A stretch of DNA of 64,000 nucleotides from positions 992,001-1,056,000 of the forward strand of contig JAMWBK010000005.1 in assembly GCA_029953675.1 (NCBI GenBank), in the 5' to 3' direction. Below are positions 20,110-31,334 of the stretch, piece after piece. The DNA comes from Rhodosorus marinus CCMP1338. Its lineage: Eukaryota; Plantae; Rhodophyta. A program made the position numbers and the translations under genes. Numbering within the stretch: position 1 is the first letter of the stretch; each line of letters begins with the position of its first letter. The notes under the pieces were generated by a model that saw only the letters and a list, made by a program, of their open reading frames with translations, searched no databases and was not told the DNA's origin.

Positions 20110-22790
20110 CCCTTTACTGGACTTTACTAGCATAGCCTGAAGCGCTGCGCAAGGCGTGAAGATGAACTAATAACTAGGGAGGGAAGCATGCAACCCCAGG
20201 CGCCGATGGCGCGCCTCGGAAAGCATGTGGCTGGAATATCGCCAAAGGGAGACACTTAAACTGGACTTTACTAGCATAGCCTGAAGCGCTACGCAAGGCG
20301 TGAAGATGAACTAATAACTAGGGAGGGAAGTATGCAACCCCAGGCGCCGATGGCGCGCCTCGGACAGCATGTCGCTGGAATATCGCCAAAGGGAGACACT
20401 TAAACGCCTCAAGAGCGCCAAATATTCAGTAGGATGCTCAGCAAAACATTTCCGCAACCACTCTAAACCCGACTTATCCACGTGACCAAAGCTTTCCACA
20501 ATGAATGGCTGGAACCGGTGAGAGCGACCCTCAGCGCAAGGCAGACTGGCCATGCTCTCAGCATACCGTCGTTCCTTAACTCTTCGAAGGGCTGAAGCCG
20601 CGGCCCCCCGGCGGCGGGCGGCTGCGGTGAGGTGGGCGCTGGCCACGGGGCAGGTAATCGCAAGGTCCACATATGTTGAGCGTCTGGCAGCAGCGTCAGA
20701 GACGAGGAGATCGGCTATACAACGGGGCGGTGCAGAGTCCGAGATGGATCTGGGCAGTTCCGACTCAACCTCAACCGTATGCCCTATTCGAGTCAAAAAT
20801 TCGCTGAGGATGTACTTGAGGCGAGTGTGACGCCTCGTACGGAGACCTCGCAACAGTCCGCAGGAACCCAGGAAGTGGTAGCCACAAGCGTCAATCCGGC
20901 TCTCACATCCCTGACAGAAAGACGGCCGATTAGAGTGCCACGGAGCCTGTGGCAAACCGAGATAGATCCGTGCGGCAGAACGGAACTGGAAAGCATCGAG
21001 ACGATGACTCAATGACGACGGTAGAGTGGTTAACCACAAGTGCGAGAGGTGGCCTCCCATGCCGCGGAGACGAGCGGCAGTGGTAGGCGGCGTGAGAGGA
21101 GAATTGAGCATGACTGTGTGAGCGGCACTGTGTTGGCCCCAGGTGAGGCTATGTTGAATCACATCAGTGCGGGAGCTCCACAATCGGCTCAAACCCGGGT
21201 AGTCTGCAACAGGGGACCCGGGGCTAGCCTCTCCGTCATCGGCAAGAACTCGGTCGAGGGGACAATCCTCAATCGCTTCAGCTCGTCCCCATAACAGCTC
21301 CCTCCAGGAACGAAAGCGGGACCGATTTGCGTCCGGCACGGCGTTGCACCTCCTGAACGCGTGTTGAAGACCATCATAAATTGTCAAAAGCGGGGGCGGC
21401 AGGCTCACTGGATCCTCGTTGGTCAAAGCTCGAGCCAAGAGGCAGGCACTTCGCATCTGGAAGGTCACCAACGTTCGCAGCGCGGTAGCCCAGGAGGCAA
21501 CCGCCGCTGGCGAGCATACCAGCCCACGGTCTGCGACGCCGAATCCCCCTAATCGCAACGGTAGAGCGATCTGTGCACGAATAAAGTCCCTGTCGGGAGC
21601 AGCTTCAAGATCGAGGGGCTCATCCAAGAGCGTTCCCCAGTGTTGCAGGGTCATTTCGTCGGCTTTAGCCGACGAAAAGCCCTGCCGTTTCTCCCGGAGA
21701 CAGGAAATTGCCCGAGCAACGGTCAAAATCGAAGTGCAAAACCACCTGCGGGTTGCAGCGCAGCCACCGGGCGCTCTCAGGCCACTGCTCGGTAGGCTTC
21801 GCCAGCAAGGCCTCCAGGTACTTGGCGGCGGTTGCGGAGACCAAAAACAGCACATCGCGGCCCTCATAGTTTGCGAAGAAGAAATCACCCCGGCTGCACC
21901 CTAACGATTCCGCAAAAGTGTCCCGGAAATCTCGCATAGACGGAACCTGTCCTCGTGTAGTCTGGGGCCGGACATTTCGCACCCACAGAAATTGGAGAGT
22001 GGTCTCCACAGGTCCATCCTGAGGCTCGCGAGATGGTATGAAACGGAGCATAGCCGCCGTACGTGTGGCAGTGGTGCCCTTCCGCAAGACTGATGCGTAC
22101 GAAGCGCCCCCCTTGCGGCCACCACGTGCCCCCGAAGTAGCCGGGAGCTGGTGACGACCTGAGGGCTGGTCCAAGAGAGGGAAGTCCACAGCTGCAGTCT
22201 CCTCCACACCGGTTGCCGCACAGTCACCACCACCATTGCCTCGAGTCCCCGAGCGCTGAAGCGCGTTTTGGCCCGGCCTGCCGCTCCCCAACGTCGTACT
22301 GTCCCGCGCAGAAGCAACAGCCCTCGCCTGTCCCGGGACAGGTTCATGTTGATTGACCGGATGTTGACTGCCTTCAGCCAACGCTGCCACTCTGGGGCAA
22401 TTCAAATTCTCGTCCGAATTTGAATTTGACCTGGCCAGCAATCCCGATTCCAGCCCACCTAGCTTCTGGGTGAGCTGAGGGAGCACTCCACGATCACTCG
22501 CAGCCGTGATCAGGCTGGTGACAGCGGAGATAAGTGAACGCGCCTGGGTGCCAGAAGCGCCTTCCAAGTCAACCTCGGAAGAAAACGTGCCGCAGCTGAG
22601 GCGAACACGGAGTCCCCCACCTGGCAGTGCCTCCTTGGGAGGAGGCTCCGTCGAGTGCGGAGATATCCCTACCATCCTGAGGGAATCCGCCAAGGAAACG
22701 TTGCACCACCAATATGAAACCGCACCGAGAGAATAATCGACCAAACCCAACCCAAATAGGAAAGGCCCCGCAACTCACCCACCCCACTTA
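20110..22790 (-). mobile_element. Internally deleted family A element: N-terminal ORF, thumb, CCHC, RLE and duplicated 3' end; RT core missing
   Basis: ORF 21665-22750 (contains SYASVLRK) stops exactly where thumb coding starts (QIALPLRLGGFG). Open frame to 20311 with CQGC..HFLGSC, RTRRHTR, ADLLV, YVD, KERRY, FQPFIVESFG. About 143-bp tandem duplication of the tail at 20118-20403. Confidence 0.9.
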
Positions 22791-23530
22791 AACGCCTCAA
22801 GAGCGCCAAATAATCAGTAGGATGCTCAGCAAAACATTTCCGCGACCACTCTAAACCCGACTTATCCACGTGACCAAAGCTTTCCACAATGAATGGCTGG
22901 AACCGGTGAGAGCGACCCTCAGCGCAAGGCAGACTGGCCATGCTCTCAGCATACCGTCGTTCCTTAACTCTTCGAAGGGCTGAAGCCGCGGCCCCCCGGC
23001 GGCGGGCGGCTGCGGTGAGGTGGGCGCTGGCCACGGGGCAGGTAATCGCAAGGTCCACATATGATGAGCGTCTGGCAGCAGCGTCGGAGACGAGGAGATC
23101 GGCTATACAACGGGGCGGTGCAGCGTCCGAGATTGATCTGGGTAGTTCCGACTCAACCTCAACCGTATGCCCTATCCGAGTCAAAAATTCGCTGAGGATG
23201 TACTTGAGGCGAGTGTGACGCCTCGTACGGAGACCTCTCAACAGTCCGCAGGAACCCAGGAAGTGGTAGCCACAAGCGTCAATCCGGCTCTCACATCGTG
23301 GACAGAAAGACGGCCGATTAGAGTGCCACGGAGCCTGTGGCAAACCGAGATAGATCCGTGCGGCAGAACGGAACTGGAAAGCATCGAGACGATGACTCAA
23401 TGACGACGGTAGAGTGGTTAACCACAAGTGCGAGAGGTGACCTCCCATGCCGCGGAGACGAGCGGCAGTGGTAGGCGGCGTGAGAGGAGAATTGAGTGTG
23501 AGCGGCACTGTGTTAGCCCCAGGTGAGGCT
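22785..23530 (-). mobile_element. Near-identical duplicate of the CCHC-RLE segment at about 20397-21130
   Basis: About 730 bp almost identical to 20397-21130; truncated at both ends. Confidence 0.9.
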
Positions 23531-23559
23531 ATGGTGACCCCCTTTACTACAACCCTAAC

Positions 23560-24125
23560 CTCTCTGGTCATTGAGTACTTTGGGTTTATGGATTCCGTTT
23601 GTTCTCGGTGGCCCCGGGAATTTGCTCCGCGAACGCCCTGACCGTCTGTCCTCGTTGTTTACCGGTTCAAGTTTCTTGCTGTGCCGTATGAACGCTGATT
23701 TGATGTTGGAGGCGCGCGAGCTATCTTCAGTCTTTTCTTTCCCCTCGGGGTTTTTTCTTTCAGTCTCCGATTGAGCAAATTCATTCAATCCCTTTTACTA
23801 TAAGGGAAAAAAAAAAAGGTAGGCGCAACGCCCTGGAGGGGTACCACACAAAAAACCACGAGTGTAAGAAAGCGTACAAAGTTTAAAACGCTAGAAACTG
23901 AACGAAGTACTTTAAGAATGGAATTACTTTAATCGGAGACTGAAGAAAAACCCCGAGGGGAAGAAAAAGACTAAGCGCGGCGGAGATCGCGCGCCTCCAA
24001 CGTCAAGGCAGCGTTCATACGCCACAGCAAGAAACTTTTACCGGTAAACAACGAGGACAGACGGTCAGGGCGTTTATGGACCACTTGACTTCGAGAACCA
24101 ACGGAATCCGGAAACCCAAAGCAAG
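23560..24125. mobile_element. Two family B 3' fragments tail-to-tail (+ 23560-23790; - 23920-24125)
   Basis: IEYFGFMDSVCSRW.. and the B tail appear on each strand. Confidence 0.8.
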
Positions 24126-24329
24126 GAGTTGATGGGATGGGCGATAAAAAAAAAGGGGGGGTAACTCCACCTCCTATATTCCACCAGCGCGGGCAAATGC
24201 GAAATATTGCCGCGATATTCCCCAGCCCGGGGTGGGCAATTCATTCGCATAAAATTGGAGCCCCCCTCCCCGCTTGGGTCCTTCCTAGGGGACCGCGCTC
24301 TACCTTCCCACATCTGTACAACGTCATGG

Positions 24330-24640
24330 TGCTGTCGCTGGTTCAATGCGATGACTGAAGGAGTCTCAGTACGCAGAGGCGATGAGGCTCATCCAACCTT
24401 GCGGGACTCGGCGCTGTCCTATCGGTTTGTACCGTGATCATCGAGTGCTTTCGTCTGTTAGACAGTTGTGCTTCTCGCTGGCTTGGACGCGTTTTTCGCA
24501 CCGCCCCGGCCGTCTTGACACGTTTGCACGGAGCAGTCTCTGACTCTGTTACGTTCGAACGCTTCTTTTTTTTTGGCCGCGCGCCATCAGGGTCTCCCCT
24601 TCCGCCTCTCCGGGTAGATAGACTGTGAAAAAGTTTGTTG
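24330..24640 (+). mobile_element. Family C RLE fragment
   Basis: KESQYAEAM..PTLRDSALSYRFVP..IIECFRLLDSCASRW, homologous to 48030-48640. Confidence 0.7.
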
Positions 24641-25039
24641 TTGTTGATTGGCGGTGGGAGGTGCTACCGCCTATCCTCTGCGAGGGCCTGTTCCATGATC
24701 TCTCCGCTCTCCGTCCGGGTGGTAACCGCCTACCAGATTGCCTCCTCGGGCGTCCTCGGTCGTACTGAACTTGTGTAAGCTCGAGTTTTTTGTTCGGAGA
24801 CCACGACCCTGAGAGGAAGAAGGTTTGACTAAACCAAGGCACACTGGCGAGGTGCAGTCCAGCAAGAATCTGTCGATGAAGAGGGCTAGCTTGCCATTGG
24901 CTGAACTTTATGCAAAAGGAAAAATGCTACCTGAAGAGATTCCTTGGAGGTCGAAAGCGCCTGGTGAGCTGGGACGGCTTCACTTTGGGATCCAGCACAA
25001 ATTGGTTTGTAGCAACGACCTCCAATGATGGTGCAACAC

Positions 25040-25290
25040 GGGCGTATATTGTGCTCAAATACAAATCGCTGAATCAATGGTTTGACTTCAAATATGCTCA
25101 GCGATAACGATAAAGTATCTGGATGTCTTCACAACAACGAAATGCTTCGTATTGTCCCTGAAGCTAATCCACATCAGCCATGATGTCCAACGGGTTTGTC
25201 CCAATTGACGGGAATTACCGGACAGCGATTTTCGATTGGGTCCGGTGGGACTATGCGAATAATTCGTATGTACCGTCCTTCCGAAGCGCG
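25040..25290 (+). repeat. Unidentified dispersed repeat (family D), decayed coding-like sequence
   Basis: ctcaaatacaaatcgctgaatcaatggtttgacttcaaatatgctcagcgata..atccacatcagc..ccaattgacg aligns with the minus strand of about 37500-37800. Confidence 0.7.
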
Positions 25291-25744
25291 AGGAGAGCTT
25301 TCTACACCTAGAGAATACGTCAGTGAATGGTGTGGGCCTCGATATGCTCCGTCATCGTTCAGCACGCTGTGGCCGTAAGTTGAGAAGGCGCTGACGCTGC
25401 ACATACTCGCCCTCTCCCGAGTGGCTGACCACATGTTCTGAAGGGCAAAATTGAGAGGGCCGACACTATCTAGTCCTACCGCGTAGGCTAGCACTGGCAG
25501 CTCTGCTTGAGGAAACGAGCGTCAAAAGTCTTACTGAATACTAGATCTCAACTCATCTTGTACGTCGTCCACACAAAGCGTTCCCTGTGGATCGTTTTGA
25601 TATTCATCTATTCGGGATTGATGATCGCGTGTTGGACCCTCCTCAAAGCGGCCGGGAAGGACTCCGAAAACCCTCTCATTGCTTACCCAGCTCCACCTCC
25701 AATGAACCCTTTAAGCCAGAGATCCAATCCCTTCCATCAATCCC

Positions 25745-26220
25745 AACGCCGCGTGGCTGATCTCGTGGTCACCTGTGACGATAGCCCTCGTACGACGTAC
25801 GTTGATCTTGCTGTTCCTAATCCTCAGGCTAGTCGTTATTTGCCGGATCTGGAGAGCGCCGTGGAGTTGCCGCTGCCAGTATGAGACGTCGCAAAGCTTT
25901 GAAATATTCGGGCGCTCTGTCTTCCCCAGGGATTCGTGCTTCGGCTCTAGCTCATCGCCAGGTACCTCTGGTCATTAAGTGCTTTGGGTTTATGGATTCC
26001 GTTGGTTCTCGGTGGCTTCGGGAACTGTTCCGCGAACGCCCTGACCGTCTATCCTCGTTGTTTACCCGTTTAAGTTTCTTGCTGTAGCGTATGAACGCCG
26101 CTTTGATGTTTGAGGAGCGCGGTCTTCGCCGCGCTTAGTCTTGTTTTTCCCCTATAACCATTCATTCAAGAAGGGGGTTTTTTTCTTGCAGTCTCCGATT
26201 AAACCAATTCATTCATTCAT
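25745..26220 (+). mobile_element. Family B 3' portion, the last element before the gene-dense zone
   Basis: RRVADLVVTCDDSPRTTYVDLAVPNP..LKYSG..IKCFGFMDSVGSRWLRELFRERPDRL; tail aattcattcattcat. Confidence 0.85.
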
Positions 26221-26989
26221 CTAAAATCTTCAGTCATTTTACAAAAAGAATCTCCTTCATTAAGAGTAATAAAATATCTCCATATTACAATCTTATCTCC
26301 ATCACTCCGATTATTTCTATTTTACTAGAAGTTCCTCAATATCCATGGGGATAGGTGATACTCAAGGTAAACAGAGTGCTTATTTATGGTACTAAGGAGA
26401 TATCCATTTTCTCCCTTTTTTTAGTAGTATTCTGTCCCACGGTGACGTGTGTCACTGGTCACAGGAAGGGGGTGAGCTGTCCTCAAGTCTGGGGACGTTT
26501 GCCCTCCATGGGAAGCGATTATACAGATTTACGAAAACTTTCTTTTTGAAAATGCGCTCATTAAGGCTATTTTGATCTAAAACTAGATTTAATGGATTTT
26601 TTTGGAGGGATAATGTTCTAGAATAGGGAACTTTTTGCCTGGATAGTGATGGTGCTGGAAGGGTTGGGGTTGCCATTTTCCTTTAAGATAGAAAGAGAGC
26701 CTATGAAGGGCAGCGACCATTTCTTTGGTTGGGGAGGATGGGAACGAAGTGTTGAATTGGTTTTGAAAGGCTTTAGAAAGGGTATATCTTGAATTGTTTC
26801 TTTGTGGTGGAGGGGCGGGATCCAGGAGCGCTGGGCAAGTTCTTTGGGAGGGAGGGCCTGTTTCGTGGCGGTGCGCCTTGGCTTGGCCGGGGACCAGGGT
26901 GGAGGGTGGACTTAAGGGGGTTATAGAGCCTTTGATTTGTTTTTTTGTTTGAGCAGCTAGTGTAGAGGGATCTTAGGGACTCGGAAAAG

Positions 26990-28741
26990 ATGGACGAAGT
27001 TAAGAAAAAGTACAACTCGATTGACTGGATGGGGCTCAAGCGCTCGGCTGGAAAGTTGAAGGCTAAAGCGGCGTCGGGATTCAAGGACATGGTGATGACT
27101 GATGTTGAAAATAACGTTCGAGCCGCGACCTCGGATACCTCATGGGGAGCTACGGGTGCGTAAAGCGAAATGGAACTCTTCGGGTCTTTGTCTAAGGACT
27201 GCTAGCGTTCTGCTTTGGCAGAACTGCTTTATTCTTAGCTTTCCAGTGTCGTAGAGCGTGGGCACCCATTCGGTGTGTGGCTGCCTACAGTATGGCTTAC
27301 TTGGTAAGATTTGCTATTTGTAAAATTGATTTCGGAAACAGGAGCGGAATTGGAGAATATTGCTCGGTCGACGTTCAATAGAGAAGAGTACCCACTCGTT
27401 ATGGGAATTGTATGGGAACGACTCAGCGCGAGGAAATGGCGAAACGTTTACAAGTCCTTGGACCTTCTTAAGTATTTATGCCTCCACGGCAGTCAAAGGT
27501 GCTATGACGAGGCAAAGGATGCTCTGCCACACATTCAGGCCCTCCAAGGGTTCCGATATGTAGACAGTGCTGGCAAGGACGAGGGGAGAAATGTACGCGA
27601 GCGTGCCAAACAGCTCGCGGAATTGCTTGGGGACCCGGAACTAATGGAAGAAGAGCGGCAGAAGTCCAAAGCGCTCAAGGCAAAGATTGGAGGTGGAGCC
27701 TCAGCCGGTGTATCGTCCGATGATTACCGTTATGGTTCCGGACCTGCAGACAGAGGCTACAGTGAGCGTGAAGGCTATGGTGAGCGTGGAGGCTATGATG
27801 AATATGATGACCAATACCAAAACAGAATAGGGGGGGGGGATGGCTATGGTGGGTATCAGAACAACTATGGCTATGGTGAAGACGAAGAATATGAGCAACG
27901 ATTCGACAACGAGCAACCCGAGGCACTTCCCCCGGCGACCTCAGTCAACCCCTTGGATGATCTCCTTGGTCTTGGTGCTCCAGGTACGCTATGATCGAAG
28001 CTCTCCCTTCCTGGCGGTTGGCTCAAAGTAGCCAATTTGCTGTCGTGTCTTCCCACAGAAGCACCACCCGCCCTTCCCCCATCCGATTCTACGTTCGGTG
28101 GGGGCTCCGCCCTTGACGATGATTTCTTTGATCCCCGAGGTGCAGTTGCGGGTCCTAGCTCCGGAACCCCAGCGGCCTCCGCAAAGCAGGATGCGTTTTC
28201 CGGCTTCAACGATGACTTCCTTGGCGCACTCCCAGCTACTACTGCAACTGCTGCTCCGGCGAAGACTTCGAACGCTAGCCTTGATATCTTCGGAGACGTA
28301 GGCTCCTCTGTCCCGGCTCAACCCGTGAAAAGCTCAAACACAGCTGCAGCTGACTCAGGGTTCGACTTCTTTGGATCAACGAGCGCTGCCCCGGCAAGCA
28401 GCACGTCCGCGGCACCTGGTACGATCTTCCAGGGAGGGTAAAATCGCAGTTCCTCGACGATTGGATTCTAATTCATCTTTTCTTAACCACTTTTTCAAGG
28501 ACCAGCTGCTTATACAAAACCACCAGCGGCCGCGCCAAATGCGCAGAAGTCTGCCGGAGTCGATATCTTTGGAGACTTGGTGAACTTGGATAATATGGGA
28601 CAGGCTTCTCGGCAGGAGAAGCACAATGTTCATTCTGGAAATACTATCAACTCGCTCTCTGGCTCTGGCTCATCGAAGCCGGCCGCCAGTGGTTCGTCAT
28701 CGAAAAACGATTTTGACCATGACCCGTTGTTCGGGCTCTAA
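26990..28741 (+). CDS. Epsin / ENTH-domain clathrin adaptor (epsinR-like), 4 exons
   Basis: VRAATSDTSWGATG|AELENIARSTF..KWRNVYKSLDLLKYLCLHGS..GKDEGRNVRERAK; GT-AG introns at about 27156-27341, 27984-28058 and 28438-28499; DFF/DIFG motifs; TAA at 28739. Confidence 0.9.
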
Positions 28742-29096
28742 GAAAATAGAGGGTCTGGAAGTCCTTAGGTTATTGTAGACTACATCTCCAAAAATTCGCA
28801 TCGGAAAAGCTTGCTCTTTGATCGTGCATTTAACACAGCGTATGGGACATAGCTAGGGGGCGGTCGACGTGGAATGGGCAACTTCTAAGGAAGCCTGTAA
28901 CGGAAGAGCTCCCCTAGAGCAGCCGCAGTTCTCCAGCTTGAGGAGAGGCTTGACAAAGCTTTCGCAACACCTAAGAAGCCGGGTGCCGAGTTTCGTACGA
29001 GAAGGGATAAGAAGCACATAGTGGGTAACCTCGAAAGTTTAGTCCTAGCTCACCCGAAGTGTCTGGCTTTCTGAGGGTTTGGTTGATACCCGTCAT

Positions 29097-29436
29097 GTAG
29101 CAGGTGACAAAGAAATATGAGTCAATTGCTGCATCATTAAAACGTGTTATACACTGTTTTCTGTCTTAACGTTTTGACTACGTCTACCGTCTAGTGAGAC
29201 TAGTTGCTAGCAGATAGTCGACAAGCAGTCCCCGCGCTCGTCAAGACAAATGACAACTAATATCCTGCAAGTAGCAGGTGACATAGAAATATGGATCAGT
29301 TGCTGCATCATTAAAACGTGGCATACACGTTTTTGTTTCTGCCCGAATGTTTAGACTGCGTTTGCCGTCTAGTGAGACTAATTACTACCAGATAGTCGAC
29401 AAGCAGCCCCACCGTTCGTCAAGGAAAAACGACAAC
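29097..29436. repeat. Diverged about 175-bp tandem duplication with conserved stem-forming blocks
   Basis: gtagcaggtgaca..ttgctgcatcattaaaacgtg..ccgtctagtgagacta..cagatagtcgacaagcag at about 29097 and 29271. Confidence 0.8.
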
Positions 29437-30604
29437 ATTCCAAACCTCGAAGTCCCGCTAGACCTCGGCAGGGGAATCGGAAAAGCTGTCAGACAGTTGG
29501 GGTGGCATCGCCTTGATGCCGACTTGAAGGACGACATAGCTCAGCCTTGACAAAAGAACCCCCACGTGATGGTAAGCATGGAAGAGCTGCTTTAAGATTC
29601 CTGGGGTAAAGGCCGTCACCAGTCCGCTTTGGCTTCCTATCCGCCCAACTACTCACTACTCCATGCGATAAGTCTTTCTCTTGGCCTAAGGCAAGGCAAA
29701 TGAAAACCTTCAGGGGAGAAGTGCGAATGATCGTCCTAGCGAGATGAGAACCAGACGCTCGATCGCTAAGGGCTAGGTGCTCTAGTGAAGGTCACCGTCA
29801 TTCCACTTGTTTGATGATACCATTCAAACTGGCACCTCGCCTGGAGAAATCTACGAGAATTCGGGTTCGGCGACTACGAGAATGCAAAAAAAAGGCGTCC
29901 TTCGTTACTGCAGGGTACCACTGAACACTATGGGCGGCGTCACTCATCCACATCCGAAGCACAATCGGATTGGCGATGTCCTGACTGACTAGATACATAC
30001 ACTTCCCACCAGTAAATGAGCTTGCTTCCTGAGCACAGAGAACCATCAGTGGTACGCTGCATGTACGGAAAGGCATGTTATGCGTTTTCGTTATCGCCAT
30101 CCCCGACGTCGATCACTTCTCCTCGCTCGCTGCCGGTCCGCTTACCCCGTATCAGGCCTGGTCTCCGTACTGAATAATAGGAGCATCGATCCTCTTGTGA
30201 CCATACTTCCTCAACCCAAGCGCCCAGAGTTATGTTTCTTGGTCGAAAGCGATCCAGATACGTCGATGATGGACGGGGAAGCAGATGCTGCCTCCATGAT
30301 CAGGAAGAGCCATACGTCCTCAAAGATATATCCGTTGCTGTTTCTAGTTGTTCATACCCCAAAAACGATACAAAACGGTAAAAAAAATACGCCTCCCTCC
30401 CTCCTAATCTCAGAGGAAACTTTCTTCTCAGCGAGAAGATTTCTTGGTCTCAAGCTAATCCCGCGGGAGTCACCATGAAAAATAGCGCTTCCTGATTTGG
30501 GACTCCGCGAGAAGATCATCACCGACTCCCGCGTCAGAATTTCTCCTTCAGCTATTCATGAAGATGTAACGCTTAATAGTCGAAACCCAATCACCTAGAA
30601 GACC

Positions 30605-31070
30605 CTCCTGCTCCTTTTGTCCAACGGAACAAACTCAAAAATCAATGTCCCCATCGGGCGCGCCGCAATGCAAATAGCGATCGTCCTCCAGGCAAAAGAC
30701 CGATGGCTCTTGCCATAGTACAACGACGAGCGGAACTGACGACCGCCATTGATCGGCTCTTAAGCTGGGATTTTGTCCCGGATCATCCAAACATGATTAT
30801 CTGTTGTGTTTGGATTAAATATCGTTATGGTGACCTACCCAGAAGGTTCCTTTGGCAAACCTCCTTTTGTCCAACGGAACAAACTCAAAGATCAACGTCG
30901 TCATCGGGCGCCCCAATGAAAAAAAAAACAACACCATCGTCTTCACGGGAGGAGACCAATGGCTTTTGCATAGTACATCGACGAGAGGAACTGATGACTG
31001 CCATTGATCGGCTCGAACCTCGGGATTTATAGTCCTGGATGTCCTGGATCATCCATATGATTATCTCATA
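30605..31070. repeat. Diverged about 250-bp tandem duplication
   Basis: ctccttttgtccaacggaacaaactcaaa..catcgggcgc..ggaactga..gccattgatcggctc..gatcatcca occurs twice (about 30610 and 30860). Confidence 0.8.
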
Positions 31071-31334
31071 TGCTTGTCGTTGTAGGTGACCGAGGCACAT
31101 TTTTGGAATTTGTGGAATTTTGGGGGCTTTGAGGCGGGTGGACGAGAATTTTGGTTTTGCAGTGGGTCGTTAAGAGCTTGTTTGACATTTCTGGTGTTGG
31201 GAGAAGTTGAGTGGGAAGTAAGAGAGTTGGAAATGGTGCATGAGATTTACTATTAGAGGAGGGTGCTTGTTTGAAAAACTTTCTTGGAGGTTGGTTTTTT
31301 TTTTCGTTGGAGGGGGTGGATAAGAAAAGGCGTG

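Noticed and set aside
24682-24875. HDV-like ribozyme (gagggc/gtcctc P1, gcc-tcctcg-ggc P3/L3, cagatt/aatctg P2)
   Set aside because: P1 is 6 bp, L3 is one base short, J4/2 is CAAG rather than CNRA, and there is no convincing P4. An RNArobo or Infernal scan could revisit it.
29798-30478. Minus-strand gene suggested by ORF 29798-30100
   Set aside because: I could not join frames into a coherent spliced model or recognise a domain; left uncalled.
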